Origin: Amoebophrya sp. A120
Taxonomy: Eukaryota; Protista; Dinoflagellata
Direction: 5' to 3'
Length of the DNA stretch: 64,000 bases
NCBI GenBank assembly: GCA_905178155.1
Contig: CAJINV010000007.1
Location: 466,020-530,019 of the forward strand
The notes under the pieces were generated by a model. The model was given only the letters and a program-made list of their open reading frames with translations. It had not been told where the DNA came from and searched no databases. Positions within the stretch are counted from its first letter, which is position 1, and each line of letters begins with the position of its first letter. Both the position numbers and the translations under genes were made by a program. Below are positions 21,794 to 35,241 of this stretch, in pieces.

Positions 21794-24700
21794 ATGATTC
21801 CCGGGACGATGTTGAACATCTTCTTCAAGAGGTTGTTCTACAAAAAATCGGTTCCGTGCGCCGGCGTGGCCGCGAAGTTCATTCTGATGCAACACTTTTT
21901 CTACTGGGGAAGTGTCAACAACTGCGTGGTCGAAACGGCTGGTCTTGCAATCAAAACGACGACGAGTCCTGGTCTGCTGAGATTGTTGGCGAGGAAGGGA
22001 AAAACCACACGGAAGCTCAAGCATGGAACTCCTACACTAGAGGAGAAGGAAACTGATCCGGTTCTACTCTCTGTTCCTGGGCCGCGGAGCACGAGGAAGC
22101 GACGAGTCATTAAGGCTTCTTTTGCGGAAGAGCAGGGGCATGAAGCCGAAGCCTCGAACAAGGGCGGTGTTGATATCAAGTGCAAAAATGTCTGGGTCTG
22201 GAAGAATGCATGTTTGTCATGCTTGTCTAGCATAACTCTTAAACCTGTCATGCACATTACCCAAGAGCTCCGCTTTTCTGTGATGCAGAAGCGCAGTTTG
22301 TCATGCAGAATAGGCAACACCTAGGAGCTCAGAAACTTGTCATGCTGAGCCAGCCTTTGTAGCCTCATCATGAGACGCCACCCAGCATCACAAGCTTCCA
22401 GACCCAGACATTTTTACATTTGAGAGTTGAAGAGGTAAAACAAGAAGCAGCAACGACGGCGACGCAAACGTACAGCTACGACTGCTCAGTGACTTCCACG
22501 GAGGGTATCCAGGCGCTGGGGCCAGCTTCCCCGTGCGCCTTTGGAGGCTGCTATCACGTTGGTGCGTGGGAGGAGTGGGCTGCTAACCCATGGGAGTATC
22601 CTGTTCAAAAGCCGATACCCACGACCCCATAGTCAAGATGGGATGAGTTATTATGTTGTAATACAAGGCCGCAGGTGGGGCCGCGAAATGTAAGAGAAAC
22701 TGCCCTCACATGTAAGATTTGTCTGAGAAGATCTCTGGGCTGGGGAGGCTTTTAGATAGGATACGAAGGGTCACGAAGAGTGCAACGAGGACGATAACGC
22801 AGAGGTGACGAAGACCTTCGAGCAGGTCCGACAACGGTGCGCCTTCAAGCATTGCAGGGGTGTGGGGTTTTTGCAGTACACTTGCAAGAGTTTGGCGAGC
22901 TGGGAGTGTGAAAAGTATGGCAGTGCCCTAGTTTCTAATGATTGCGGCGGATCCGTGGGTATCCATTGCAAATGTGTCTTGGTCTCGAGCACTTACCAGC
23001 GCAGATGTTTGCCATGCAGTTTCTGCATGAAGACCTTGATCCCCGAAGAACCCGATGCCGTGTGTGCGCCCCCCAAAGTAATCACGGGTTCGGCGAGCGC
23101 TCCTTAATGCCTATTCTGTAGGAGAAGTCCCGCCATCGCGTGGCAAACACCGACTCGCGTTCGCTCTTAATGCAGGACGGATTTTTTTATTATGGTTTCC
23201 TTTTGTTTTTTTTTCCAAAGAGCCGGTAAAATGCATTACAAATTGGACTTGAGGATCTTTTGAAAGTCGGTCAATCGGTCGTGTCCACTAGTGCAACTCG
23301 GTGTATGTTCATCAAGGAAGACAGTTCTACTCAAGATCGGTCGTGTATAAAGTTGTGACCCCTTCCGAAAAAAAAAAGAACAGTGAAGTCAGAACAAGCT
23401 AGAAATGCTGCCCATTTTTGAAAATTCGGTCACAATGTCACGAAGTAGATTTTAATTTTTAAAATTAGGGGCGTTTTTGATGGCAATTAAAACAAGAAAC
23501 TTCTGTCGGTCATCGCTCTGTCCGTTGGGCCTGAAGGAGATCAGGTAGTAGAAGTAGATCTGTAATAGGGAAGCGTGCTGAAGAACGCAGACATAGCTTG
23601 GGCCGTTGATAGACACTTCGTGGGAGAGGGTTAGTGTAGCATTGCTGATGTAGAGTAGGAGCAGGAAGCTCAGGATTATTTCTTTCATCCTCTTTCTTTT
23701 TTTGGACGGTGAGACACCTTTGTAAAATAGTCCACGGCGTTTTCTTTGCGGTAGATTCGCGCTGAGTAGCAGTAATGTTTCCACATTATTCTCGAAGTAG
23801 TGTCTCGCCACGACCAGCCTCTTTTTTTTATTCTTTAGCAGCAGTACTTTCGCAAAAAGATGAGGTAGTGAGCAGCCAGGCTTCGTTGCCTTCCAGGTTT
23901 TAGGAGAGCTGCAGGCCCAGCGTTGGCGTTTTATTGTACGGGAAGGCAGAGAAAAGCACAAGACGCAATGGGGAGGAGCGCAGTGCAAGATCAAGTTCGG
24001 CTACGTCCTACGGCCATTGTGGATCAGTGCGGATGTGCCAAGAACGAAGAAATCGGTGAAGCTGATCAAACCGATGCCGAGCTTGGAAGAGGCGAACAGA
24101 CTAAACGCCGCATTCGCAGCGGAGGAGATTTACTGGCACGAAGAACTGCCCTACGCAGTAATCAGGACGCAAAATAAGGGAGGAATATCGATGTTGCGAC
24201 GCAACGAATGCCTCACTCTGTCGGCCGAACGGAAAAAGGAGATAAAGGATGAAATCGAAGATCTAGAAGCACGGGAACGCCGGGCAAGAGTAGCAGAGCA
24301 GATGCAGGAAAAAGAAGTGATGGACCCGCTACCAACAGTGCAGAGCCAAGCAAAGGACTTCCCCCTGACAATCTTGACGGCGAATACCCGGGGCTTTTGA
24401 AGCGGCAGCGCGGCCGCGCCGGAGTCACTGATAGCAGCGGAGTTGCTGAGTCTAGGGGCGCGTGTGTGCGTGCTCATAGACTGCAACTTCCCCAAAAATA
24501 AAGATGAGCCCTGGGACGCATTCGTGTGCATGATGGAGGAGCATTACGAGGTAATTCACCTGGAGGACGTCATCATAGCGGTAGCAAAAGGCGAACAGCT
24601 GCAACGGGGAGGAGACGGCAAGGCCTTTCACAGGATACCAGGCACGAGGTCAATGTATCGGTTTGCTGTAAATGGAATAGAAATAATAACGGGCTACGTC

Positions 24701-27700
24701 AGACCGACAACGCAGAACGGAGAAGAAACAAAACAAAGGCGGGAAGAATTGCAGAAGACCCTGCACGCGATGGACAGCGGGGCGGGAGCAAGGATGGTAG
24801 TAGGTACTGGTGACTGGAACTGGGAGAAAGTAGTCAGGTCCTGGACCGAAGAAAGGGAGGCGAGTGTATTAGACCTGATTCCGCAGTGCATTACCAGAGC
24901 GACGGTTGACTCCAAAACCCGCCCAGATGTGGCTCTGGTGAAGAATAAAGGGCAGAGCCAGGTCACAGCAACAACCCAGGAGCTGAAGTTCATTTTGTCA
25001 GACCACCAAGCCACAGTAGTGAACATCGATAGGGCAGCATTTACCAAACCAGCGGCAAGTAGTAAACCAAAGGGAGCAATGCCGAGGATGAGAGCACCGG
25101 CGGTGATGACAGCGGAGCAGATAGACAGATTCCAGGAGGAAATGGGGAAGTTTGCGGACGCAGAAGAAGGAGATTTGCAGCTGAGCAAACAGGTCAAAGA
25201 AGCGATGAAGTGCGCGGGGATCCAACTGTCAAAAACGAGACCAGCTCAGCGCCGCACGGTTCTAGTGGATGTTGCAACCAACAGAGTCATCCTGGATACG
25301 GAAGAAATCGGAAAGCTGCAGGAGGCGAGATTTAGGCGGAAAGAGCCGAAAGGAGGAGACCCAGTACCGGCCGAAGAAGTCCTGAAGTGGATACATCAAG
25401 CCCCCAGTAAACAGGCCGAATGGGGGGAAGGATCGTGGCAGCGAGCGGTAGCAGCAGTGCATGCGAAAAAATCGCCGGGCTTTACTGGTACGCGGCCAGA
25501 ACAGGTCCGATTAGTACCTTCGCGGTACTGGTCGAAATGGGTCAAACAGCAGGCGGAAAAGTACAACAACCTTGTACCGATAGAATTCGAAAAAACAAAT
25601 GTGATTGTGGGCCTCGACAAGACGCAAATAAATGCAGGACAGGTCACGAACCTCCGCCCAGTAGCCATACCCGAGGCGGGAGACAAACCAGGGGAAGGGC
25701 TGCTCCTGGAAGAACTGCACGACATCGCGAAACGGGTCCCGTTCGCTAATGCGTACATGCCGGGCAAGAGCGCCTGCGCGTCGCTGTTTCGGGTGGTGGT
25801 CTTCATGAACGAGAAGAAACCAGGGAAGACGCGAGCCATCCGGAAAGCGGATGTTGAAGGGGGTTTCGAGAATACCTTCCACAGCGAGTTGGTGAGGAGA
25901 CTCCTAGAACGAGGTGCCTCGAAAGAGCTTGCGTTCCAAGTCTTTCACTGGTTGAGAGAGCGGACACATGCCTTGGTCGTGGATGGACTCGTCGTGAGGA
26001 AGTGGACACCGGCCGCCGGGATGGGCCAAGGCCCGAGACTCCCCCCGCCGCTGTGGGTCGTGTTCCTGGGGAAGCCGATCGACGCCCTCAGTCGGGAGAT
26101 CATCCGGTTCGACCCCGAAGTGTTCGCAGACGACGTCTTGTTGGCCTTCGAGTTCGCTGCTGACAGCTACGCAACTGAAAAAGAGGGGGCAGACACATAC
26201 CTCAAAGCCTGGGAACAGGCTACAGGTCTGACCTTCGGGAAGGTGGAGTGGCTGCGCGCGACGACAGGCTCCACCTCGGCCAGTGTTGACTTCGAGTATT
26301 TGGGGTTCTTGGTGCAGTCTTGTGGGTCCACAGTGCGGGAATTGGACAAAAGGATGGCGCGGATTAACTCCAACGCGAAGTCCAGGAACGCGGTGGAAAA
26401 CGAGCAGCGGGAGCCTGCTGAGGACATCCTGCACTTCCAGCAGAAGTGCAGGTCCCAGATCACATACGCGGCTGCTGCCTTGTACGAAGGCGTAAAAGAA
26501 AACGAAGTCAAGCTGACGCAGCTACATCGAACGGTGGCGAGAGCAATAAGGGCGTCGCTTGGACTCTCCAACACCTTCCCCTTCCGGGCTGCCTACAAGT
26601 TGATCGGCATGCAAGAGGCGGTGGACCTTTTGAAGACAGAACATGAAGCGATGAAACTCTACCAGGAAGGGCGCGTGGGTTCTTTCGAAATTTCTGCAAG
26701 CGACATGCACCGCCAGCCGGAATGGTATGACGATACCAGGGTGGAAATAGTTGACTCGAAAGAAGCCTACCAGAGGCTTGGAGTGGAGCATGGCGACGAG
26801 GAGAAGCTCGTGAAAGTGATGGAAGAGAAGTACTGCGCACTGCCAGTCCCAGCAACGGATCTGAGGGCAAGCACCGATGGAGGCCTCGCCCCGAAAGCAG
26901 AGCGGGCGAAAACGCCGGACCACCAGAGGAGAGCCAGCTGCTACATCGAGTCGGCCACAGATTCCCAGGCAAATTCTTGGAAGATCTGGACGGACTTCCA
27001 CCAGCACGATACCGAGGCGCTAGCGCTGCTGGAGTGCGTCAAGTGGATGAAGGAATGGTTGCGCGGAGATCTACAAACCATCTTCATCTTCGTGGACTGC
27101 AATAGCGTTTTGCAGTCGCTCGGAAACGCCTGCAACCGGAAGGAGATAATGCGGTCGATTAGACTAGCGGTCAACAAGCTGCTGGAGGAAAGCAAGACAG
27201 TAAAAGTAGTAATGCATTGGTGTCCGGCGCACCGCAACTTCCGCCTCAACGTCTTTGCGGACCTCCTAGGGAAAGCGAAAAACCAAGAACCTGACACACC
27301 GCAAGACAAGCCACTTCTTACGAGGAAGTGCGTGAAAAAGATGGTGAAAGACGACCTCCAAAGAACGAAGGAAGAGGAGGAAGAAGAAGAGGGAGAACAC
27401 GAAGACAACACCTGCCTCGCGCGGGAACGGCGGGTGCAAGTCCTCGGGAGAGTCCCGCTGGCAGGTTTGACGCCACAACAACAGAGAGTGGTGATGAGTC
27501 TCTGGACGGGAGAATCATTTTTGCCACTCTCATTGACCAGAGAAGACAAAAACGGCTGGCCAGTGTGTAGAAAATGCGGCGCCTGCCTCAAGGTGCGGAA
27601 TGTGAAGAACAAGCAGAAGCCCTGGATAACAGGGGCGAGAACGGGAGAAGACCTTGACGTGAGGCGGTTCAATAGAATAGTGGATCACCTCCTGGTTGAA

Positions 27701-30700
27701 TGCAAAGCAGTAGAAGGAGCCGCAGACTACGCGGGGCGCGACGCCATCGAGATTATCAAGAAGGGGCCGAAAGTCCAAGCGAACAGGCTCCTCAAAGCAA
27801 TAGGCAAAGCCGGAGACGCAATCTCCGCTGACAGCGGCTGGCCATTCCAAGCGAAACAAACAAAACCAACAAGGGCGGAAGAGGCGGAAAAGATACCAGG
27901 AGACTGGCTGGAGGAAGTAGCAAAAGCCTTGAAAAGAAGAAAACTGATTGCAGAGCACGCTGATGAGGTTGGGGAGTGAAGAGAAGAGGAAAGATAATTA
28001 TTATCTCCCCGGTGGACAGCTCGTTTGTGCTGCTCTTCCGAAAAGACAGCTCTTCTTTTCCTCTTTCAGCAGGCTCGGTTTCTAGTTCTTTTTGCTTGAG
28101 CGGCAACCCGGAGCACATTTCGAAGAAAATTGTCTCCCCGGTGGAACGCTAGTTCGAAAAAGTTTTTGATCATCCGACGTTCAGCTTCTTCTCCGATCAA
28201 CTGGCTCGGATTTTATCAACTCTCTGCTGTGGTCGCTTCTGAAAGAGCACTAGTACTAGCAAAGAGCAAAAGTATTATTAACTCCTCGACCTGTTGCTCG
28301 CCTCAAGCTGTCATTTAGTTTTATCTCTTTCCACCGCCATGCTCAAGCTCAGCTCACACCTGAGTAGAGAGCCAGTTTTTTTTTGTATCTATCTTTGACA
28401 CGCACACACTCAACATAGCCACAAGACCGGAACAGGTCTTTCAACTCCCTTTGTTTTTTCATGCTGCTTATGCTGCTTTCCGTAAGGTATTCTCGAGCTA
28501 AGTGTCCATTTTTCTGGTACTTTACTAAAGGAAAAGCCACGCGGCCGACACTTAGCCCGAGGAGAAGGAAGGTAGCATTTTTCTGGTACTTTACAGAAAA
28601 CTACAGCAACGAGATCCGGAAATTGTTTTCGTTCTCCATTTTGTACTCTTTGTTTCTTTTGTTTTCGATCTCCAAGCAAATCTAGTTTAGAACAGCAGCA
28701 GGAGATCTCAGGATCAAAGCAACTTTTTTTTTTTTTCTGTACGTTTGTAGACCTCAAACATCAAGAGAAGGATCCGGAAATATTTGCATACGGTCTATCC
28801 TTTGGTTTCATTTTGTACAAAGAGCATTACTTTCATGTCTCTCCTACTTTTGTTTCTTTTTGTACAAAGATCAGAACAAGGCCCCACACCCAGGCGAAGG
28901 TATCTGAAGGCTCCGCAGAGGGTCGAAGAACGGGTTAAGATTCCTATAAGCACGCCCTAGATCCCACGTGTTAGGGCTAAGCGGATAACCGCCGTGAATT
29001 TGTAGCACCACCGGGCCGCTGCCCGAGGAGGTTCTTTTCAATCGAGCTGCCAATCATACAGAAGAGACTGCTTTCTAAGCGAGACGAGCCACGTTTAAAG
29101 ACACTTTTCTGCTAAATACCCTAAAAGTTAAGTTCTCAGCATTACAAAGCAGAAGAGGAATAGTCAGAGACACAAACAGAGCCAAGACAGTTAGGATTGA
29201 GAAGTGGTAAAACAGTTGACACAAGCAGGAAAGACAAAAAAAAAAATATAAGCAAGTAGTGAGGTGGCCGCAGCGAGCACAAAGAGGTCGCACCTAGAGC
29301 GATAGTGCAACGCGAGCGGCGCAAGAGCAATGAAAATTTTTTTTAAAAAAAAAAAGGAAAAGAAAAGTGAAAAAAAAACGGAAAAGATCGCAAAAGAAAA
29401 GAGAGAAGCTCAAGCACAGGAGGGTGCAGAGCAGCGACACATACTTGGTAGACCGCAGCAAAGTGTGAATAACTTCGCGTTGATCACTGCGCTCGGTGGC
29501 GTTGGGGTGACTGCTTCTTTGCTACGCGCGAAAGAAGTGGCTGGGCGTAAGCTTGGGGTGAGAATTTCCTCTTCGACTTCGTTAGGGTCAGGGTTTTAGC
29601 AGCGCTTGGCTTTTACTCGGAAACTTTCGATGGTTTGATCGGTGGATGGGGATTGCTCTTAATCTCCTGAACACTAAGGGTGGACAGGTGGTAACCCTGG
29701 TGGACACCAAACGGGTGTTCGTCCGCTACTAAAACGGGCGGCGTTCGGACATCTGGGATGCGGCTGGCGACCAACCCAGTGCAGGCAATTAACCTTGAGG
29801 AAGTTCTCGCATCTCTCTGACAGTTCCTGGCTCACCTGATAGCATTCCTCCACTATCAAAGAAGCTTGCTTCACATTGTTTTTTTTTCCTTCTCACCCAG
29901 AGAGAGGATCACATAAATTTGCGCCTTTCCAGGCCGAGGCACATGCTTGCAAAGGATAGGCAACTGCATGCACAATTTGGGCGATGATCCTGAATGGTAT
30001 CGGAAGCTCGATAAAGATAAGGGCCGCATCAAAGAGAAACGGACCTGGACCTGCAAAGTCCCGGACTGTGTCGTGGCCGACAGCATCGCAGACGATGGGA
30101 ACGCTGTACGGATTACAAATATCGATCTGGGTCTGGAAATTTGTGATGCTGGTCGTAGAATGACGAGCACGCGGCCACAACTGACGGCCAAGCATGACAA
30201 GGTTGTAAGATCATACTAGGTGCTGCCTATCCTGCATGTTGACAAACAGCATTTCTGCATGACAGAAAAAGGGTACAGCTGCCTAACGTGCATGACAGAC
30301 ATAAGAGTAATACTAGCCAACCATGAGAAGCGTTGCATTCTTCCAGACCCAGGCATGTTTGCATTTGATGCGCGTCTGGCTCGGATAATGACGAGGACCA
30401 TGAGGAGGTGAACGAAGCGCCCGAGGGCCACGACTCGTCCGCAAACAAGTTATCGGATGAGGAGGCCAGTGAAGAAGTTATGGTTTGTGTGATGAGAGGG
30501 CAGCTCGGGCCTAGCGAAGCGGCCCGGGATACAGACGAGGGAACACAAAGCGGATTTCTATAAAAGAAAATGGCTCCGCCTGGCGTTGTCTGTGGTGTAC
30601 GGTCCCGGGAAGACCTTAAACTCGAGGCCGTACGGATTTTATTCTCAAAATTTTTATCTTGGCCCGCTGCCACGTCCACACTCATACAAGCACCCGCTTC

Positions 30701-31880
30701 AGAGACTCAGTTTCAACTCCAGTTTTCAATACGGCTGGTCGGTCAATTTGGGCAACCTAAGTCCGCTTCAGGGATTCTCGTCCTGCCCGTTTCAGGGCGT
30801 CGGCTTACCGCGCCACATCATCGCCCCGGTTCAGGGCGTTGTTTTTTTGTGGCCCATTTCAGGGTGTCAGTCTCAGTTTGCCACAGCCTGCGCACGGAGG
30901 CATACGCTTCTGTACCTTCAATTTGTCCGGTGCCTTTGTCTTAACATTTGGTCTGCAGCTCACTAGCATGTCCTGTGATATGAACACTATCCAACCAGGA
31001 ATCATTTTGCACACTTTGTCTTTCGTATCTACTGAAGATTGGCAATTTGGACCCCTTTCAGGGCGTCGGTTTTCGACTTTGTCCTTCCGACCAATTTCAG
31101 GACGTACGTACTTTCGCCTTTTCAGGGCGTCGACGGGCTTCCAAGGCTTGCGAGTACGAGTTTTAGCGATATTTCGATCCTAGTGCTCGTATCTTCGTCC
31201 GGGCCCGCGAGATAGTGGTGCGAGATGTCTCGACATCTAAACACAGTTCCTTTTCTTTGTTGCCTGCTGCAACATTTCGTCTTCTACTTCAGTTTCCTTT
31301 GGGCCTTGAGCAGAGGCAGCCCCGGGAGGTCAAGCTTAAGCCAGCACTAGTTCTCATCGTTTCCCGTTTTCCAGTAGCTCCCCACCTGTTGCTCATAACA
31401 ATAGCAGTTTCGTGCACTCACGTTTGCCGTAGCTCTACGTTGCATGCAAGGCGCTGCGCCATCTACGCCGCTTGCAGCGTTCCAATGCCAAGCAACGACT
31501 TGGCCCTCTGTCGGATCTTTTTCATTGGCTCACTGCCGCCTATCCGCGTCGCCGTCCCGGCCTCTGTGTGCGTCCCGTTTCCGCTGCTGAGGCACGAATG
31601 CGGTGGCCGCCATTGGCTGGTGGCGGGGGCGCCGGATCTCGGGCTTCTGATGCACCTAGACGCGCTCGCCTGTGGTGGGTTGTGTAGTGCAAGTTGGCAG
31701 TCCAATGCCTCGCTAGCGCTCGAGGGCCACGGCTCCTCCGCGAACAAGTTATCGGATGAAGAGGCCAGTGAAGAAGAAGCAGTGGCTGAGGCGACCGGTG
31801 AACTGGAAGAGCTGCAAGCTATTCCGTATCTTGTGCAAAAACGAGGCCCGCGACAACGCGCCACATTAAGTACTTATTAA
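21794..31880 (+). CDS. Cys-rich surface-protein family member 1 (paralog of 39748 and 44699), split by a LINE-containing intron; may be a pseudogene
   Basis: N-terminus nearly matches the 39748 gene (FYWGS…AGLA…RLLARKGKTTRKLKHGT…EKETDPVLLSVPG); GGCYHV, CAFKHC and RTWTCKVPDCV motifs continue after 29960. Confidence 0.55.
22174..22425. mobile_element. Introner, family E
   Basis: TIR tatcaagtgcaaaaatgtctgggtctggaa; TSD gttga. Confidence 0.92.
23040..29890 (+). mobile_element. Non-LTR retrotransposon (LINE, APE-RT-RNase H) plus 3' flanking insert, lying inside an introner (22960-29958); boundaries approximate
   Basis: Intron-free 3.5-kb ORF with retroelement domains, located between the left (tatccattgcaaatgtg) and right (cacatgcttgcaaaggata) ends of a family E element. 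Confidence 0.8.
24017..27979 (+). CDS. LINE polyprotein: AP endonuclease, reverse transcriptase, RNase H, C-terminal CCHC finger; single in-frame TGA at 24398-24400
   Basis: APE: ILTANTRG, GYVRP, TGDWN, SDH. RT: KSPGFTG, LRPVAI, ADVEGGFE, GMGQGPRLPPPLW, FADD. RNase H: STDGG, EALAL, FVDCNSVL, HWCPAH…N.FAD. Zn finger: CRKC…HLLVEC. Confidence 0.9.
30107..30370. mobile_element. Introner, family E (degenerate)
   Basis: ctgggtctggaa / ttccagacccag TIR cores; degenerate TSD cgctg/cgcgt. Confidence 0.75.
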
Positions 31881-34203
31881 GCTGGCAACATGATACGCGT
31901 GGCTTGGATAATCATAATTGGCATGGTGCGCCGTCCGCAGGAGAAGCGATCTCTGGTGGTGGTTTTTTCCCTTTGATGTCATGAGTGCAGGGAAGAGATA
32001 CAACTTCCGGTGCGATGATCTCACAGCTGTTGTCTGCACTCAGCAGGAGAATTGACCAGTTGATATTGATTTTATTTTTCGGAAGCTTGTGCTACTTGTT
32101 TTCCATGGCTGTTCTACTAGTGCTTGTCAAGAAGCACTTTGTTAAACATCATGGCTAGCCAGTTGTGCTGTCTAGCGCCCTGCTGCTGGGGAACAGCCAG
32201 GTACTTAGTATTAAGCTTGTACTGCAGAACGCGAGGAGTCATGAGCATGATCTGTGGCGGTCCTCGTCGTGTGGGGGTTTGTTTTTACACCGGATAGCAT
32301 CCCTGTCGTTCTCGAGGAGCCCTGTTGCTGACGAAGAAGGGGTCGCGCTGTGGGTGGACAGGTGGAAGCAAAGACCACGAAAGGAGGGTACTTATCTAGC
32401 GTGATTGCGTAAGTTTTTTCACAATACAAATTTCCCGTTTCATTTTCTTCTGCGTAAGACAGGTCAATGAAGATCTGCAGCGTGGTACTTCTAGGTAACA
32501 ACAACCCACAAAGCAGCTGGCAGAACGTAAAAAGTCTAAAACACAAAAACAAACAGGTGCGCCTCATCGCAGCAAGAGTTTTGTACACAAAAAAGAGCGC
32601 ACTTTTGGACTTTCAGTTGCTTTTGCAAAAAAAAAATACGTATGAGAATAAACACGAAAAAACAACATATGAGAAAAACACGAAAAAACTACATAGATAT
32701 GTTGAGAAAACACAAAAAAAAATAAATATGAGAAAAACGCAAGAAAATAGCAAGGCTCGTTTAGTTTAAGTGTCGTCGCGGAAAGCCCCGACACGACCGG
32801 GTCGATCATTACCCGGTCTGTTTAGAGGGCTTTCTATATGGTAGAAGCCACAAGTTTCTTGCCCAGCTTGTCTTTTTGTTGAAGTATCTCTGGTCACGTG
32901 AGGAGAAAGCAAAAAACTTCCAAGAGGTTCCGCGTGACCATCCACAACAAACAAGCAAACGCTTTTCAGTTTACTTTGTACTAACAAACTTTTACTTTGT
33001 ACTATTTAACTGAGGAAGCCACGGCCTTGGAAAAAGGCGAAAGACAACCCCCGCTGTACCCCCGCGAGTCGGTCACGCTTCATTTTTTTGTAACCCCGGA
33101 ATGTAAGATTTTTTTTGCAAAAATTAATTATCCCGAGAATGGTGGGAAAATAAGTAATATGAACGCATCCCAGCAGCGAATTGAAAACTCCCTCGGCGAG
33201 GAGTAGCCGGGGGCTTTTTGCAGTTTGTCGCAACGAAAAAGGTGGACCTTCGAAAAAATAATGTAGGGGCTTTTTTTGAATCGAAGATGCCAGCTTCACA
33301 CGTCGTACAGCAACAAAAAGGCCATCTCGTCCTGTTTGCTCGTGCAGTGCTGGAGCAAATTCATTTCGTTCGCCCATTAAACGGGTTTTCGTTTTCGTAT
33401 TATGCTTTTTCGTTCTACTGTCGTGACAGTCTTTTCGCCCCTTCTGCTATACGTTCTGCAATCTAGAAGTACTAATCCAAACGACAACGCGACTTCGGGA
33501 GCACGAGACTACTGTCTAATGTGCCACCTGTTGTGAATCCAATATTTTAAAGCCTGTACTAGTTGTTGGAAAAGAGCAAGGCAGTATAGATGACTACAAC
33601 ATAGTAGATCCGTCGAAATAGTAATTTCCAGGTACTTCTACTGCAGTCAGGATCATTATCTTTATCTTTTTCTTTCAGTCAGCAGGTTTATGTAGCTTCA
33701 TCTTGACGCTTTCACCTATGCCTACCCATCCTCCAGACACCACGCCAGTCGTTGTTTCTTCATCTACGTACTTGTTCCCCACCCGTTGATAGTAGAAATA
33801 CAGGCACGACAAGTTTTGCAACGTCGTTCTTTGTCGCGTAGTTTCGTCTATCGCTCATCAGAAATGGTCCTGTCAAAAAGGGCGAATCTTCCACCGGGAA
33901 GTGATTTCAGCTCGTCCTGCACTCCTACCACGGCAATATGCGCCGGGGCCCGCTTTACCCTTTGCGCAACCTCCGCTACCACGGCGCGACAGTGAGAAAT
34001 CCAAAGAACAAGTGCAAGCTTTAATATTTCACTTGCGCGACAGCGAAACTTTTGGGAGAAAAAACCTAGTATTTTTGTGACAAGCAACATGATTTCCATT
34101 TCGTGCGGTTTGTTTTTCGTCCAGTTGTCGTCAACTACAACACTAGCGGCCGGGCTGGGAGTGGTGGAGAACGATGAAAAGGAGAATGGAGATAATACCC
34201 AGA

Positions 34204-34464
34204 TATGAAATGCAAATATGTCTGGGTCTGGAAGGTGGCAACTTGTCATGGTAAATCTGAAGCATGCAAAAATCTGTGTTGCATGAGTGCCAAAAGCTGT
34301 CCACCTTTGACCAAGTTGGAAGGGAGTTTCTCATGCAGGATAGGCATGGCAGAGACCTCGCAGAGTCTGTCATGCTAAGTCCCGCATTCCAGACCTCATG
34401 GGTCATGGAAAATCTGCATGACAAGTTTACACTTTTCCAGACCCAGACATTTTTGCACTTGATA
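34204..34464. mobile_element. Introner, family E (reverse orientation to the 14352 and 17896 copies)
   Basis: TIR; TSD ccaga. Confidence 0.92.
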
Positions 34465-34470
34465 CCAGAA

Positions 34471-34813
34471 TATCCACTGCAAGAAGATGAAACATGTCGT
34501 GGTCCTGCTCTGGAACAATTGCTATAATCTGTGATGCTAAAAACTCTACTGGAGCAGACAAAAAACTTGTATTGCATATTAGTGCCAGGGCCAGCAAAGA
34601 AAGTAAGAGGCTGGCCTTTTGCTGCGCAAAGGGCGAAAATTTCTCGTCGTGCACGGGAAGAGGAAGGACCAGAAGCCTTCATCGCAAGGAAACCTGGAAG
34701 TATGCATCGAGTGCCATCCAGTTTATCTTTCTGTTGCAGAAGATGCATCATGGCATCAAACATCTGCACAAGTTGTCCAGACCCATCAGACATCACATTT
34801 GCAAACATGCATA
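34471..34813. mobile_element. Degenerate introner immediately adjacent to the previous one
   Basis: tatccactgcaa…ggtcctgctctggaa / tccagaccc…tttgcaaacatgcata; internal GCATCA/TGATGC motifs. Confidence 0.6.
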
Positions 34814-35241
34814 CGAACAAACGACCTCGAGCAGGGGTTGCAGCGTCTCGAAGAAGGCCGACGTCGAAGAGAAATCGCGAAAAGTATCAGGCTATCGTCC
34901 ACCGGAGGTGGCGCTTCGGGAAGAAGTGCAACAACCTCCGCTGTTGAACATCAAGAAGGAGGACGAGAAAGAACTGCGAACTTGTTGCAACTCCTCCGCA
35001 TGCGGAGAGAGAACAAAAAGAAACTGCTAGTCCAGAGGAAAGCCAGCTTGCAAGAGGAGCAAGAGGCGTCGATGGCCTGCGGCGGAAAGGAGGAAGAAGC
35101 CCAGGAAGAGCAGGAGCCGGGGAAAGATCATGATGAGTGGAACAATGTTTACAACGGCAAACCCGACGACTTGCAGCAACAGCTCCTGCTTCAAGAAAAC
35201 CAAAACGCCGTCGGGCCGCGTGACACCAGAAGGCTCCATCG

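Noticed and set aside
28900-28930. Hammerhead-like ctgaagg…gaa segment
   Set aside because: Core does not match CUGANGA/GAAA and stems I and III are not evident.
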